This document shows, in pieces, positions 19,057 to 28,001 of a DNA stretch of 64,000 bases. A model generated the notes under the pieces. The model did no database searches. It worked only from the letters and a program-made list of their open reading frames with translations, and was not told the origin of the DNA. This DNA comes from an uncultured Candidatus Saccharibacteria bacterium (GTDB lineage: Bacteria > Patescibacteriota > Saccharimonadia > Saccharimonadales > Saccharimonadaceae), in assembly GCA_963551825.1 (NCBI GenBank), contig CAUVHJ010000001.1, forward strand, positions 25,833 through 89,832, given 5' to 3'. Every line of letters begins with the position of its first letter. The first letter of the stretch is position 1. A program made the translations under genes and the position numbers.

Positions 19057-20079
19057 ATGAATGTGACTGACGGGATATCATCAGTAGAGACTCCGAAGAG
19101 ACTGTTTGTCTTTAATGCCGAACTTGATGGGACGATAGATCTTTCAATTGTGGGGATATATCTTTTCTATCTTGCTGATCAACTAAGCAACCATTTATGC
19201 ACCGAGCGTCACGTTAAGACTATTAGTAGCCTGTGCGGACTACGCTATTTAGGCTTTCGACATCGTATGATCGTCCGAGTTAATGTATGCGATGAGATGG
19301 TGTATGGGCTAGTACTGCGTTTCCTTACCCAAGGTCTGAAAGTTCCTAATGACGAACAGCTGAGACGATGTATAGCCAAGCTTGAAACTGCTTGGAACAT
19401 CAATTATCTGATCAAGGATGAGAAAAAGTTTTATGAGGCAATAGAGCGATTGGCTCACACAAAGTTCTATAATCTAAGCGGTGACGATACTATCTACTAT
19501 GACAAGCCGATGGGCAAAGGATCCGACATGGAAGTTGACCGGTTGGGTTTCCAGCCTCCCAGTCGGCCGGTCATTCAGCTAGAGCCAAATATAACAATAC
19601 TCAGACCGACAAGAACTGATTTAATTTTACTGTCTACTTTGACCGGTTATGTAGGTGGTGTGCTAGCACAGATTATGAGCGATAAATATAATGCTTACAA
19701 ACTAGGTCAGGTTATGATACCGTCTAAAGCAGGATACAAGATGAAGTTCGGATATTTATTTAAGCAAGAGCAGGATCTGATATACAGTCTGCGGACTGAT
19801 ATAGAACGTATCCTGCGTGACCTGTCTAATAAGGGGGATGTAGCCGAGCTTGAACAGCTGGTAAGGAGCATTACCTACACTTCGTACCGCTATAGCCCGG
19901 GAGCCGAGTACATTAATTCCGGTCTGGTTGTATCAACTAAGATTTTCTTAAAGAGGTATATGACGGTCGATAATTTACATAGCGCCATTAGTAGACTACG
20001 GTTGAAGGACATAGAGAAGTTCCATTTTGGCGGAAGTCGTCATGGTGAGTCTGAGCCGGCGAATATCATTATTGGCTAA
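19057..20079 (+). CDS. Hypothetical protein (A+T-rich gene, second member of the pair)
   Basis: ATG 19057 lies 1 nt after the upstream stop, with GGAGG 11 nt upstream; the ORF track's start at 19039 is in the same frame. The layout resembles the 18123 product (TDLILLSTLTGYVGGVLAQIMSDKYNAYKLG). There is no HxxEH motif. Confidence 0.55.
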   Translation: MNVTDGISSVETPKRLFVFNAELDGTIDLSIVGIYLFYLADQLSNHLCTERHVKTISSLCGLRYLGFRHRMIVRVNVCDEMVYGLVLRFLTQGLKVPNDEQLRRCIAKLETAWNINYLIKDEKKFYEAIERLAHTKFYNLSGDDTIYYDKPMGKGSDMEVDRLGFQPPSRPVIQLEPNITILRPTRTDLILLSTLTGYVGGVLAQIMSDKYNAYKLGQVMIPSKAGYKMKFGYLFKQEQDLIYSLRTDIERILRDLSNKGDVAELEQLVRSITYTSYRYSPGAEYINSGLVVSTKIFLKRYMTVDNLHSAISRLRLKDIEKFHFGGSRHGESEPANIIIG

Positions 20080-20475
20080 GAGCTAAGGTAAGCTTTATCG
20101 GTTAAACTCAGCCGGGCTAAGTGAGCGGTATAGCTCAATAATCTTGTTTCAATGACTTTATCCACTAATCTATCCATGGTAACAACCAGGATAAATGCAA
20201 CCTGTCTCCATGACGCAAAGATCTGATCTGTAAAAAGAAAAAGAAGCAAAAAGAAAAACATCCTAGAAAGACAAAAGAGAAAGCTTAAACCAACAGGCTA
20301 AAGTCTTAAATAGTTTAAAAATAGTTGTCCAATAACAATGAACTGGCTACACTAATTCTACAGGATAGTCCAAAGATAATGTCTATTTTTAACCATGAGC
20401 GTCAACTTTTGGATTGGAGGATATAAGGCGCATATTTAATAGGCATAACCGATTATATTGTATAATAGTTAGCGT

Positions 20476-21729
20476 ATGAAGCTTTTTTCACGGGTCGAGG
20501 AGACCGATCAGTATATCGTCGCCTTAGATATCGGGACGGTCTACACTAAGGCGCTGATCGCTAAACTGATTGATGATAAGCTGAGGGTAGTCGGGGTTGG
20601 TCGGGCTCGCCAAGAGACAGGCAACATGTTTGGTGGGGCTATTGCCGATATCACCGGTGTAGTCAAGAACTGTGAGGTAGCGTTAGCCAAGGCGGAGGAC
20701 CAGGCCGGTGTCCAAGCCAAGAAAGTGGTGATTGGCATTGCCGGCGAGTTCGTTAAGGGGATTACTTCAACTATTCGTTATAAACGTCCCAATCCGGATC
20801 ATCAGCTGAGTGAAGCGGAGATGCAGCTGATCATCGACAAGGTGCAAGAGAGGGCTGCCACTAAGGCGCAGAAGCAGATTGCCTTTGAGACGGGTAATCC
20901 TGATGTCGAGGTCAAGCTGGTTAATGCTGCTATCGTCAGTATTCATATCGACGGCTACAAGGTTAGTAATCCAATCGGCTTCCAGGGTAAAGACGTGGCG
21001 ATCCAGATTTACACTGCATTTGCACCGATGGTTCATATCGGGGCGCTGGAGCGGACGGCAACCGAGCTAAACTTAGAGCTGGTGGCGGTGGCAGCCGAGC
21101 CCTTCGCAGTGGCTCGGGCAGTACTGGGGACGGATGAGAGCCCCAACTATACAGCGATATTGTGTGATGTCGGCGGTGGTAGTACCGATATCGCCGTAGT
21201 CAATGACGGCGGAGTGGAAGGTACCAAGTGCTTTGGCGTGGCCGGTCGATCCTTCACTAAGACGATCAGTGGCGACCTAAGCATTGGCTATGAGGCTGCT
21301 GAGAAGCTCAAGCTTAATATTGACGGAGGCAAGATCAAGCCTAACGTACTCCGGACGGTCAATGAATCGATCGATAATACTCTAGATGTCTGGATCAGCG
21401 GTGTGCAGCTGGCGCTGAGCGAGTTTGATGCTATCGACCATCTGCCGAATAAGTTCTTACTCTGTGGTGGTGGTTCATCACTAGGCGCTTTGGTTGATCG
21501 GCTGGAGACTTCAAGCTGGTATAAAGACTTGCCTTTCTCGAGACGACCGATCATCAAGCATGTTCGCCCCAGCGATGTATCAGGTATAGAGGATGAGACC
21601 GGTGAGATCACTGACCACACCCTGATCACTGCCCTAGGGCTTTTGCGAGTGGGCTATGATACAATGGAGTCAGTCACCGGGACGAAGGAGACGTTCCGAG
21701 ATAAAATAGATAGAGTACTAAGGATATAA
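20476..21729 (+). CDS. ftsA: Cell division protein FtsA (actin-like ATPase)
   Basis: Motifs are ALDIGTVYTKALIA, LCDVGGGSTDIAVV and LLCGGGSSLGALVDRL. Confidence 0.78.
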   Translation: MKLFSRVEETDQYIVALDIGTVYTKALIAKLIDDKLRVVGVGRARQETGNMFGGAIADITGVVKNCEVALAKAEDQAGVQAKKVVIGIAGEFVKGITSTIRYKRPNPDHQLSEAEMQLIIDKVQERAATKAQKQIAFETGNPDVEVKLVNAAIVSIHIDGYKVSNPIGFQGKDVAIQIYTAFAPMVHIGALERTATELNLELVAVAAEPFAVARAVLGTDESPNYTAILCDVGGGSTDIAVVNDGGVEGTKCFGVAGRSFTKTISGDLSIGYEAAEKLKLNIDGGKIKPNVLRTVNESIDNTLDVWISGVQLALSEFDAIDHLPNKFLLCGGGSSLGALVDRLETSSWYKDLPFSRRPIIKHVRPSDVSGIEDETGEITDHTLITALGLLRVGYDTMESVTGTKETFRDKIDRVLRI

Positions 21730-21730
21730 G

Positions 21731-23500
21731 ATGACGAAGCTTGATAGTCAGAGAGTCAAGGTCAGAGTAGCGAAGCGAGGGCGAGATGATACGCCGAGTT
21801 CCGGTTTGCAGGGCCGGGGTCTGATCTACATTGACACTGACGACGACGTGACTTCTATCGTAGGCAAGATTAAGGCTGCCAAAGAGACAGTGGTGGCACT
21901 GGTGCCGCCTAAGCGGATCGGAGTGTTGCAGAGTGCGGTTAACCTGAAGCTATTACAGCGAGCAGCTAAGCTGGCGCATAAGCGTCTCAGTATCGTTACC
22001 CTGGATAAGGCGCTGACCAACTTAGCCTCCGGTCTAGCCATTCCGGTGGCTAAGAATATCAATGCCCAAGCGAGGCTGATCGAAGTTGATAACGTCGATG
22101 ATGATGACGATGACATTATCGACGGGCGTAATGAAGCGATTGGCAGGCTGGATGATGTTGCCAGAGAGTCAGTGGGAGAACGGATGGACGATGATATATC
22201 CGTGGCTGTAGCGGCGATTGAGACGGACGACCATATCAAGAACGACGCTGACGGTGACGGCGTGGCTGACGATGAAACTCCCGGGGCGACGAAACGGCCA
22301 ACCGGTAAGCGGATCAAGATCCCCGATATCGGCGATCTGAGAAAGAAGATTTTACTAATCGGTGGGGGTTTGATACTGCTGATTGGGCTGATCGTCTGGG
22401 CACTCGTTATCGCTCCTCAGGCGATTATTACTATCAAGGCGAAAACAACTGCTGTTGATATTGAGCGGACACTTAACTTAGTGCCGTCCGGTGAGCGTAA
22501 TGACGAGCAGGGCATCCTGCCTCCGGTCATCAAGCAAAAGAAAGCTAACGAGATAGTGCAGTTCAACGCTACCGGTACTAAAGAGGTCGGCACTAAGGCG
22601 ACCGGTACAGTGGCTTTTTGCTATAACGCTACTCCTAATGACTCCTATAGCGATACGCCTAAGAAGAATAGTATTACCATTGAAGCGGGTACCAGATTGT
22701 ATGCCAGCGGCATGCAATTCACAACTGACGGTGATGTGACGGTTATCGGCGGCAAAGATGCTTCGGGAGAGTGTAAGACTTATCATAGCGTCAAAGCGAC
22801 AGCGGTGAACATCGGTCCTGAAGGTAATATCGAGAAGAATACTGCTCTGTCTGTCTCAGGCTACTCTTCCAGTAAAGTGATAGCCTTGGCTAAAGTGACC
22901 TTCAGTGGCGGTAATAAGCAGACGGTTAAGGTGGTGTCGCAAGCTGATGTCGATACGGCGGTAGCGGCGTTAAAGAAAAAAGGTGATAGTAATGCCGCTA
23001 AGAAAGATCTGGCCAGTCAAATGTCCGGCTCGGTAGTGACCATCGGTAACAGCTTTAGCGTCGGACAGAGCGAGGTGAAAGTCTCGCCGGCGGTGGGTGA
23101 GCAATCGTCCGGTCAAGCGACAGCCAGTATGGAGATTACTTATACCCTGATGGGGGTTAACCGGGGTGATCTAAAGGGGATGTTGTCCCACCAGCTGAAT
23201 AGTAAAAAACGCCTTGACCAGAAGATTTATAGTGATGGTGTTAAAGAAATAGCGTTTAGCGGCTTCGCTCCGGCTCAGAACGGCTACGTAGTTGCCATTA
23301 AGACTACCGGTAAATTAGGACCGCAAGTGGATGAAGCTAGCGCCAAACGCCAAGCGACCGGTCGTAAATCAGAGGAGGTTAAGTCGCTGCTCAAGCAGAC
23401 CGAGGGCGTTAGCGATGTTAACGTAGCGCTGTCGCCCTTCTGGGTTAGTCGGGTGCCGGCTGTGAATAAGATAAAGGTTGTTTATACGGTCGATCAATGA
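21731..23500 (+). CDS. Hypothetical single-pass membrane protein with an acidic linker and a beta-rich C-terminal region (weak baseplate-J/gp47-like pattern)
   Basis: The product has the TM helix ILLIGGGLILLIGLIVWALVIA and an acidic run VDDDDDDIIDG. The segments ATGTVAFCYNAT, ITIEAGTRLYASGMQFTTDGDVTV and VKATAVNIGPEGNIEKNTAL resemble baseplate J-like domains by eye only. Confidence 0.55.
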   Translation: MTKLDSQRVKVRVAKRGRDDTPSSGLQGRGLIYIDTDDDVTSIVGKIKAAKETVVALVPPKRIGVLQSAVNLKLLQRAAKLAHKRLSIVTLDKALTNLASGLAIPVAKNINAQARLIEVDNVDDDDDDIIDGRNEAIGRLDDVARESVGERMDDDISVAVAAIETDDHIKNDADGDGVADDETPGATKRPTGKRIKIPDIGDLRKKILLIGGGLILLIGLIVWALVIAPQAIITIKAKTTAVDIERTLNLVPSGERNDEQGILPPVIKQKKANEIVQFNATGTKEVGTKATGTVAFCYNATPNDSYSDTPKKNSITIEAGTRLYASGMQFTTDGDVTVIGGKDASGECKTYHSVKATAVNIGPEGNIEKNTALSVSGYSSSKVIALAKVTFSGGNKQTVKVVSQADVDTAVAALKKKGDSNAAKKDLASQMSGSVVTIGNSFSVGQSEVKVSPAVGEQSSGQATASMEITYTLMGVNRGDLKGMLSHQLNSKKRLDQKIYSDGVKEIAFSGFAPAQNGYVVAIKTTGKLGPQVDEASAKRQATGRKSEEVKSLLKQTEGVSDVNVALSPFWVSRVPAVNKIKVVYTVDQ

Positions 23501-23940
23501 AGCAGCTGGAACGATTAATGGCGCTGGATGTCGGGGCTCGACGAATTGGTGTTGCCTTTGGTGACAATGAAGTTAAACTAGCCTCGCCGGCTAAAGCGGT
23601 TGAGAATGACGGACAGGCTCTGGCTGAGATCTGTCGTTTGGTTGTAAACCACCGGATCAAGACAGTGGTGGTTGGTCTGCCTCGCAATGCCGAGGGGCTG
23701 GAGACTAAGCAGAGTGAATACTGTCGTCAGTTTGCAGATGATCTGGGGGATGCTATGTCGGTTAACTCCATTCGGGACGTTGAAGTGGTTTTTCAGGATG
23801 AGAGTTTAACATCCGTTCAGGCAGAGGCGATGCTTCGTCGAGACAAGAAGCACTTTAAGGAGCAAATGTTGCGAGATGGCACGCTGGATAGCCAAGCAGC
23901 GGTGGTCATATTGACTGATTATCTAGGTGGGGTGAAATAA
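23497..23940 (+). CDS. ruvX: Putative pre-16S rRNA nuclease / Holliday junction resolvase-like protein YqgF (RuvX)
   Basis: Motifs are LMALDVGARRIGVAFGD and VVVGLPRNAEGLETKQS. The start is ATGA-coupled to the upstream gene. Confidence 0.85.
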   Translation: MKQLERLMALDVGARRIGVAFGDNEVKLASPAKAVENDGQALAEICRLVVNHRIKTVVVGLPRNAEGLETKQSEYCRQFADDLGDAMSVNSIRDVEVVFQDESLTSVQAEAMLRRDKKHFKEQMLRDGTLDSQAAVVILTDYLGGVK

Positions 23941-23943
23941 GGT

Positions 23944-25155
23944 ATGAAGATAGAGGTGGGCAAGCTTAAGCCGGGTCATAAACGGGTGAATGTCAGTCAG
24001 GTCAAGCGACGACCGTCATTTGAGATAGCGAACGATTTCATGGAGCTTAACTTTAAGCCAATTATCGAAGCGGAGACTGAGGCAACGCTGAGTCGGGGTG
24101 AGCTGAGACGTCGGCGCCGTCAGCAAAAGCGTCAAGCTCGGCGGGGCAGACATAGCATCTTGCGTAACAGTGTGGTCGTCGCAGTGATATTCATTGTTAT
24201 TGCCATTGCGACCGTCTTCGTTTGGTGGTGCAGCTCGTCCGAGCCGGTCAACGCAGCAGATAAGAGCGTCCGACAGTTCGTTATTGACAAGGGCGCTACC
24301 ACTGAAGAAGTGGCTAATGCTCTCCAGAAGGCGGGCTTTATTCGTAATACTCTGGCTTTTCGAATCTACAAGCGTCTTCATGGCGGGGATATCCAGGCGG
24401 GCACACATATGCTTAGTCCGAGCTACGGTATGACCAAGATTGTTGATAAGCTAGCCACCGCTGATAGTGATGAGGTTGACATTCAGATACCGCCCGGGCT
24501 GACTCTTAACGAGCTAAAAGAGGTCTTTAAGGGCTATGACTATACCGATGCTGAGATAGAGAAGGCTTTATCAGCTCATTACGATAGTCCGATCTTAGCC
24601 GACAAACCTGATAATGCCGGCCTGGAAGGCTACCTCTACCCTGATACTTACCGGGTGCTGGCCGGTGATGGGCTGGATAAGGTGATCAAGAAAGCACTTA
24701 ACCAACTGGCGCTGGTCAGTAGTCGTAACAATCTCAAGGTTAAATTTGCCGGTCGGGGGCTAAGCTTTTATCAAGGCATTACACTAGCCTCAATCGTGAC
24801 CAAGGAGGTTAAGAACCAGGCCGACCAGAAGCTGGTAGCCAGCGTCTTTTACAATCGTTTAGAGGCGGGGATGAATCTAGGCTCGGACGTGACGTTCCAG
24901 TACGCCTACAAGATGGGGATGTGTAGCACTAACTCACCCGACTGTACTTCGACCTATAATACCCGCAATAATCCGGGGTTACCACCCGGACCAATCGCCA
25001 ATCCTAGCCTGAGTGCTATGCTGGCGGTGGCGGAGCCTCCGGCGAGTGGCTACTATTACTTTGTGGCCGGCGAAGATGGCAAGACATATTTCTCGGAGAC
25101 GGCTGACCAGCACAATCAGGCTGTGGCTGACCACTGTGGCAAGCTGTGCAAGTAG
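23944..25155 (+). CDS. mltG: Endolytic murein transglycosylase MltG (YceG-like)
   Basis: The product has an N-terminal TM helix and the motifs GYLYPDTY, LASIVTKE and YNTRNNPGLPPGPIANP. Confidence 0.85.
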   Translation: MKIEVGKLKPGHKRVNVSQVKRRPSFEIANDFMELNFKPIIEAETEATLSRGELRRRRRQQKRQARRGRHSILRNSVVVAVIFIVIAIATVFVWWCSSSEPVNAADKSVRQFVIDKGATTEEVANALQKAGFIRNTLAFRIYKRLHGGDIQAGTHMLSPSYGMTKIVDKLATADSDEVDIQIPPGLTLNELKEVFKGYDYTDAEIEKALSAHYDSPILADKPDNAGLEGYLYPDTYRVLAGDGLDKVIKKALNQLALVSSRNNLKVKFAGRGLSFYQGITLASIVTKEVKNQADQKLVASVFYNRLEAGMNLGSDVTFQYAYKMGMCSTNSPDCTSTYNTRNNPGLPPGPIANPSLSAMLAVAEPPASGYYYFVAGEDGKTYFSETADQHNQAVADHCGKLCK

Positions 25156-25199
25156 CTTTCGCTACTACTGTCGATAGCTTGCTCCACCCCTAAAGAGCA

Positions 25200-25229
25200 T
25201 TGACACAACTACCTCCGGCTTGCTATAAT
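25200..25229 (+). promoter_or_regulatory. Sigma-70-type promoter for the LysM/CHAP gene
   Basis: TTGACA (25200..25205) is followed by an 18-nt spacer and TGcTATAAT (-10 hexamer at 25224..25229). Confidence 0.5.
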
Positions 25230-25258
25230 CAATAGCGATTTAATCTAAATCACGAGCT

Positions 25259-26512
25259 ATGACTGATCGTAATTTAATTAATTCTTCCAGCGAGAGAATC
25301 AAATCAAAGGCAAGTGGACGGAGCAAGAAGTTCCTGCAACGGGCTTCTTACATTGCCGTCTTCATACTGGTACTGACGTTAGTCGCTACGAGTTACACTC
25401 ATGCTGACTCTATCACTCAGGTTAGCCTGCCGGGTGTGTCGACTAGCAATTCTATTGACGTTAATATCTTACAAGGTCAGAAAGTTGGCCAGGTTAACCA
25501 GTCTAATGCTGTCGCTACCAGCTTGGCTGACAATACCGGCGGTCAGCTGGCGGGCGGAGCGGTAACGACAGGCTCGACTACGGCTGATGATGTCAAGTCG
25601 GCTAATATCGCTTCGGCAGTGGCGTCAGTGACCAATCTATCGTCATCAAATAGCGTCTCCAGTAATGCAGAGTCAGTTAACGTGAGTGCCGAGATGGCGC
25701 AGGCTGATGCTACCAGCGTTAGCAAACAGCAGATTGTGGCACCGACGACTGAGTCGAAGGCTTTGGCGACTTACGTGGTGAAGGAAGGTGACTCGGCAGA
25801 GACGATCGCTAAAGCGCATGGCGTCTCAGCCCAGACCATCCGCTGGGCCAATGGTCTCAAGACTGATGCTATGGCGGTCGGCTCGACTATCACTATCCCG
25901 GCTGTTGATGGTGTAGTCTATACCGTCAAAGAAGGCGATGACCTTAAGGCGCTGGCTGATAAATATAAGTCGTCTACTGAGTCGATTACTAATATCAATA
26001 ACCTCAATAGCGATAAGGTGGCGACGGGTACGGCTATTCTTTTGCCGGATGGTGTCTTACCCGAGGAAGAGCGCCCGGAGTATGTTGCGCCTCGAGCTAG
26101 ACGGCGTTATGGGCGGAGTTCATATTCATATGGTTATAATGATGATTCGTCGGGTGTCAGCACTACTCTAGGCTTCTATGTGCCGATCGTTAGTGGTAAC
26201 CGCTATGCCTATGGTTACTGTACCTGGTATGCTTATAACCGCAGAGTTCAGCTGGGTCTGCCGGTCAGTGGCGGTTGGGGCAATGCCAATACCTGGGATA
26301 GTGGAGCGAGGGCTTCGGGGCTTCTAGTCGACCACGTTCCGTCAGTTGGGGCTATTTTCCAGACCAAGTCCGGCTACTACGGTCACGTCGGTATCGTCGA
26401 GCGAGTTAACCCCGATGGTAGCGTCTTCGTCAGTGAGATGAACTACGCCGGTTGGAATGTCCGATCAACCAGAACTATCCATAATCCGGCCGGATACAAG
26501 TTTATTCACTAG
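25259..26512 (+). CDS. Secreted or membrane-anchored peptidoglycan hydrolase: two LysM repeats plus a C-terminal CHAP domain
   Basis: There is an N-terminal TM helix. LysM repeats are YVVKEGDSAETIAKAHGVSAQTIRWANGL and YTVKEGDDLKALADKY. CHAP motifs are CTWYAYNRR and GHVGIVE. Confidence 0.8.
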   Translation: MTDRNLINSSSERIKSKASGRSKKFLQRASYIAVFILVLTLVATSYTHADSITQVSLPGVSTSNSIDVNILQGQKVGQVNQSNAVATSLADNTGGQLAGGAVTTGSTTADDVKSANIASAVASVTNLSSSNSVSSNAESVNVSAEMAQADATSVSKQQIVAPTTESKALATYVVKEGDSAETIAKAHGVSAQTIRWANGLKTDAMAVGSTITIPAVDGVVYTVKEGDDLKALADKYKSSTESITNINNLNSDKVATGTAILLPDGVLPEEERPEYVAPRARRRYGRSSYSYGYNDDSSGVSTTLGFYVPIVSGNRYAYGYCTWYAYNRRVQLGLPVSGGWGNANTWDSGARASGLLVDHVPSVGAIFQTKSGYYGHVGIVERVNPDGSVFVSEMNYAGWNVRSTRTIHNPAGYKFIH

Positions 26513-26518
26513 GGGTTC

Positions 26519-27943
26519 ATGCGGACGTTCTTCTTTTATGATCTAGAGACGTCCGGATTTAGTGCCAGACACGACCGGATCATGCAGTTTGCCGGTCAGC
26601 GGACTAACGATGAGCTCGAACCAATTGGTCAGCCGGTTAACCTACTGGTCAAGCTGACCGATGATATCTTACCTTCACCGGGGGCGGTCTTAACTACTCA
26701 TATTACGCCGCAAATGACTGTGGCTGATGGTATTAGCGAGGCGGACTTTTGCCGTTACTTTCTAGAGCAAGTTGCAACACCGGATACAACCATCCTGGGG
26801 TATAACAGTACGAGGTTTGACGATGAGTTTATCCGTCACACTTTGTGGCGTAACTTTCATGATCCTTATCAGTGGGCATGGTCAGAAGGTCGTGATCGCT
26901 GGGATCTACTGGATGTGACTCGGCTGGTACGAGCATTGCGTCCGGAGGGGGTTAACTGGCCGACCAAGCGGGTGGCAGAGACGGATCAGCTGATTACTAC
27001 GGTCAATCTGGTAGATATGGCGAAATGTAACGGCTTTGAGAACGACAATGCTCATGATGCCCTGGCTGATGTCAAGGCGCTGATTAGCCTAGCGAGGCTA
27101 CTACGCCAGAGCCAGCCGACGATGTGGCACTACCTGCTAGACCACCACGACAAACACTCGGTACTTAGCATCATTGCCCCTAGCCAGCCTAAGCCATTTG
27201 TCTATGCCAGTGGCCGCTACTCGTCTAGCTACCAGAAGACAACGGTGGCAACGGTGATTGCTGAAGGGCGCACCCCGAACAGCTATCTAGTTTGGGACCT
27301 GCGCTATGATCCGGCCGACTTCACCTCACTTAGTGAAGCAGAGATACTCGGTAATCTGACGGCAGATCGGGCGACTAGGCGACAGGATGATTTCGTCCCT
27401 ATACCGATCAAGGAGCTGAGCATCAATAAGTGTCCCGCAGTAGCACCTCTAGGGGTGCTAGATGCGGCTTCGGAGGCTCGGATTAGCCTAAGTCGGGCTG
27501 AGGCGATGGGGCATTATCGTCAGCTAAATAGTCAGGCTGGCTTAGCCAAACGACTGACTAAGGCTTGGTGTAAGCGCCCCGCCTTTCCGCCGGCTAGTGA
27601 TGTCGAAGGCAAGCTGTATGACAGCTTTACGCCTAAGAGTGATCAGACGAAGATCCGCCTAGTCGCTGCGGCTGATTCAGCCAGCCTGGCTGATTTACAC
27701 CCTAACTTTACCGACGAACGGTTGGACGAATTGCTTTTTCGCTACAAGGCTCGCCAATACCCGACCAGTCTGTCAGAGTCTGAGGAAAAGCGTTGGCAGA
27801 AGCTTCGCCGAGCCAAACTGGAGCGGGAGCTACCGGCTTATCTGTCAGAACTGAGCAAGCTGGCGAGCAGTCCGGCGGCGGATCAGTTTATCTTAGAAGA
27901 ACTTCAGCTATGGGCGGAGTCAATTGCACCGGTTGACTACTAG
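26519..27943 (+). CDS. sbcB: Exodeoxyribonuclease I
   Basis: DEDDh motifs are FFFYDLETSGF, GYNSTRFDDEF and HDALADV. The length and C-terminal region are typical of ExoI. Confidence 0.85.
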   Translation: MRTFFFYDLETSGFSARHDRIMQFAGQRTNDELEPIGQPVNLLVKLTDDILPSPGAVLTTHITPQMTVADGISEADFCRYFLEQVATPDTTILGYNSTRFDDEFIRHTLWRNFHDPYQWAWSEGRDRWDLLDVTRLVRALRPEGVNWPTKRVAETDQLITTVNLVDMAKCNGFENDNAHDALADVKALISLARLLRQSQPTMWHYLLDHHDKHSVLSIIAPSQPKPFVYASGRYSSSYQKTTVATVIAEGRTPNSYLVWDLRYDPADFTSLSEAEILGNLTADRATRRQDDFVPIPIKELSINKCPAVAPLGVLDAASEARISLSRAEAMGHYRQLNSQAGLAKRLTKAWCKRPAFPPASDVEGKLYDSFTPKSDQTKIRLVAAADSASLADLHPNFTDERLDELLFRYKARQYPTSLSESEEKRWQKLRRAKLERELPAYLSELSKLASSPAADQFILEELQLWAESIAPVDY

Positions 27944-28001
27944 TCGCCGTTCAGCTACTTGCCAGCTCCGATATGCTTGTGCTAATTTATTAGGTAAGTA
28001 C

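Noticed and set aside
20076-20261. The 61-aa minus-strand ORF (MFFFLLLFLF...) as a small membrane protein gene.
   Set aside because: Its hydrophobic N-terminus is simply the complement of a polypurine tract. There is no SD or promoter support. It stays only as a remark under the spacer finding.
27924-28001. ATG 27924 as the start of the RCC1-repeat protein.
   Set aside because: It overlaps the sbcB 3' end and adds an Arg/Cys-rich peptide. ATG 28002 gives a canonical signal-peptide-like N-terminus.
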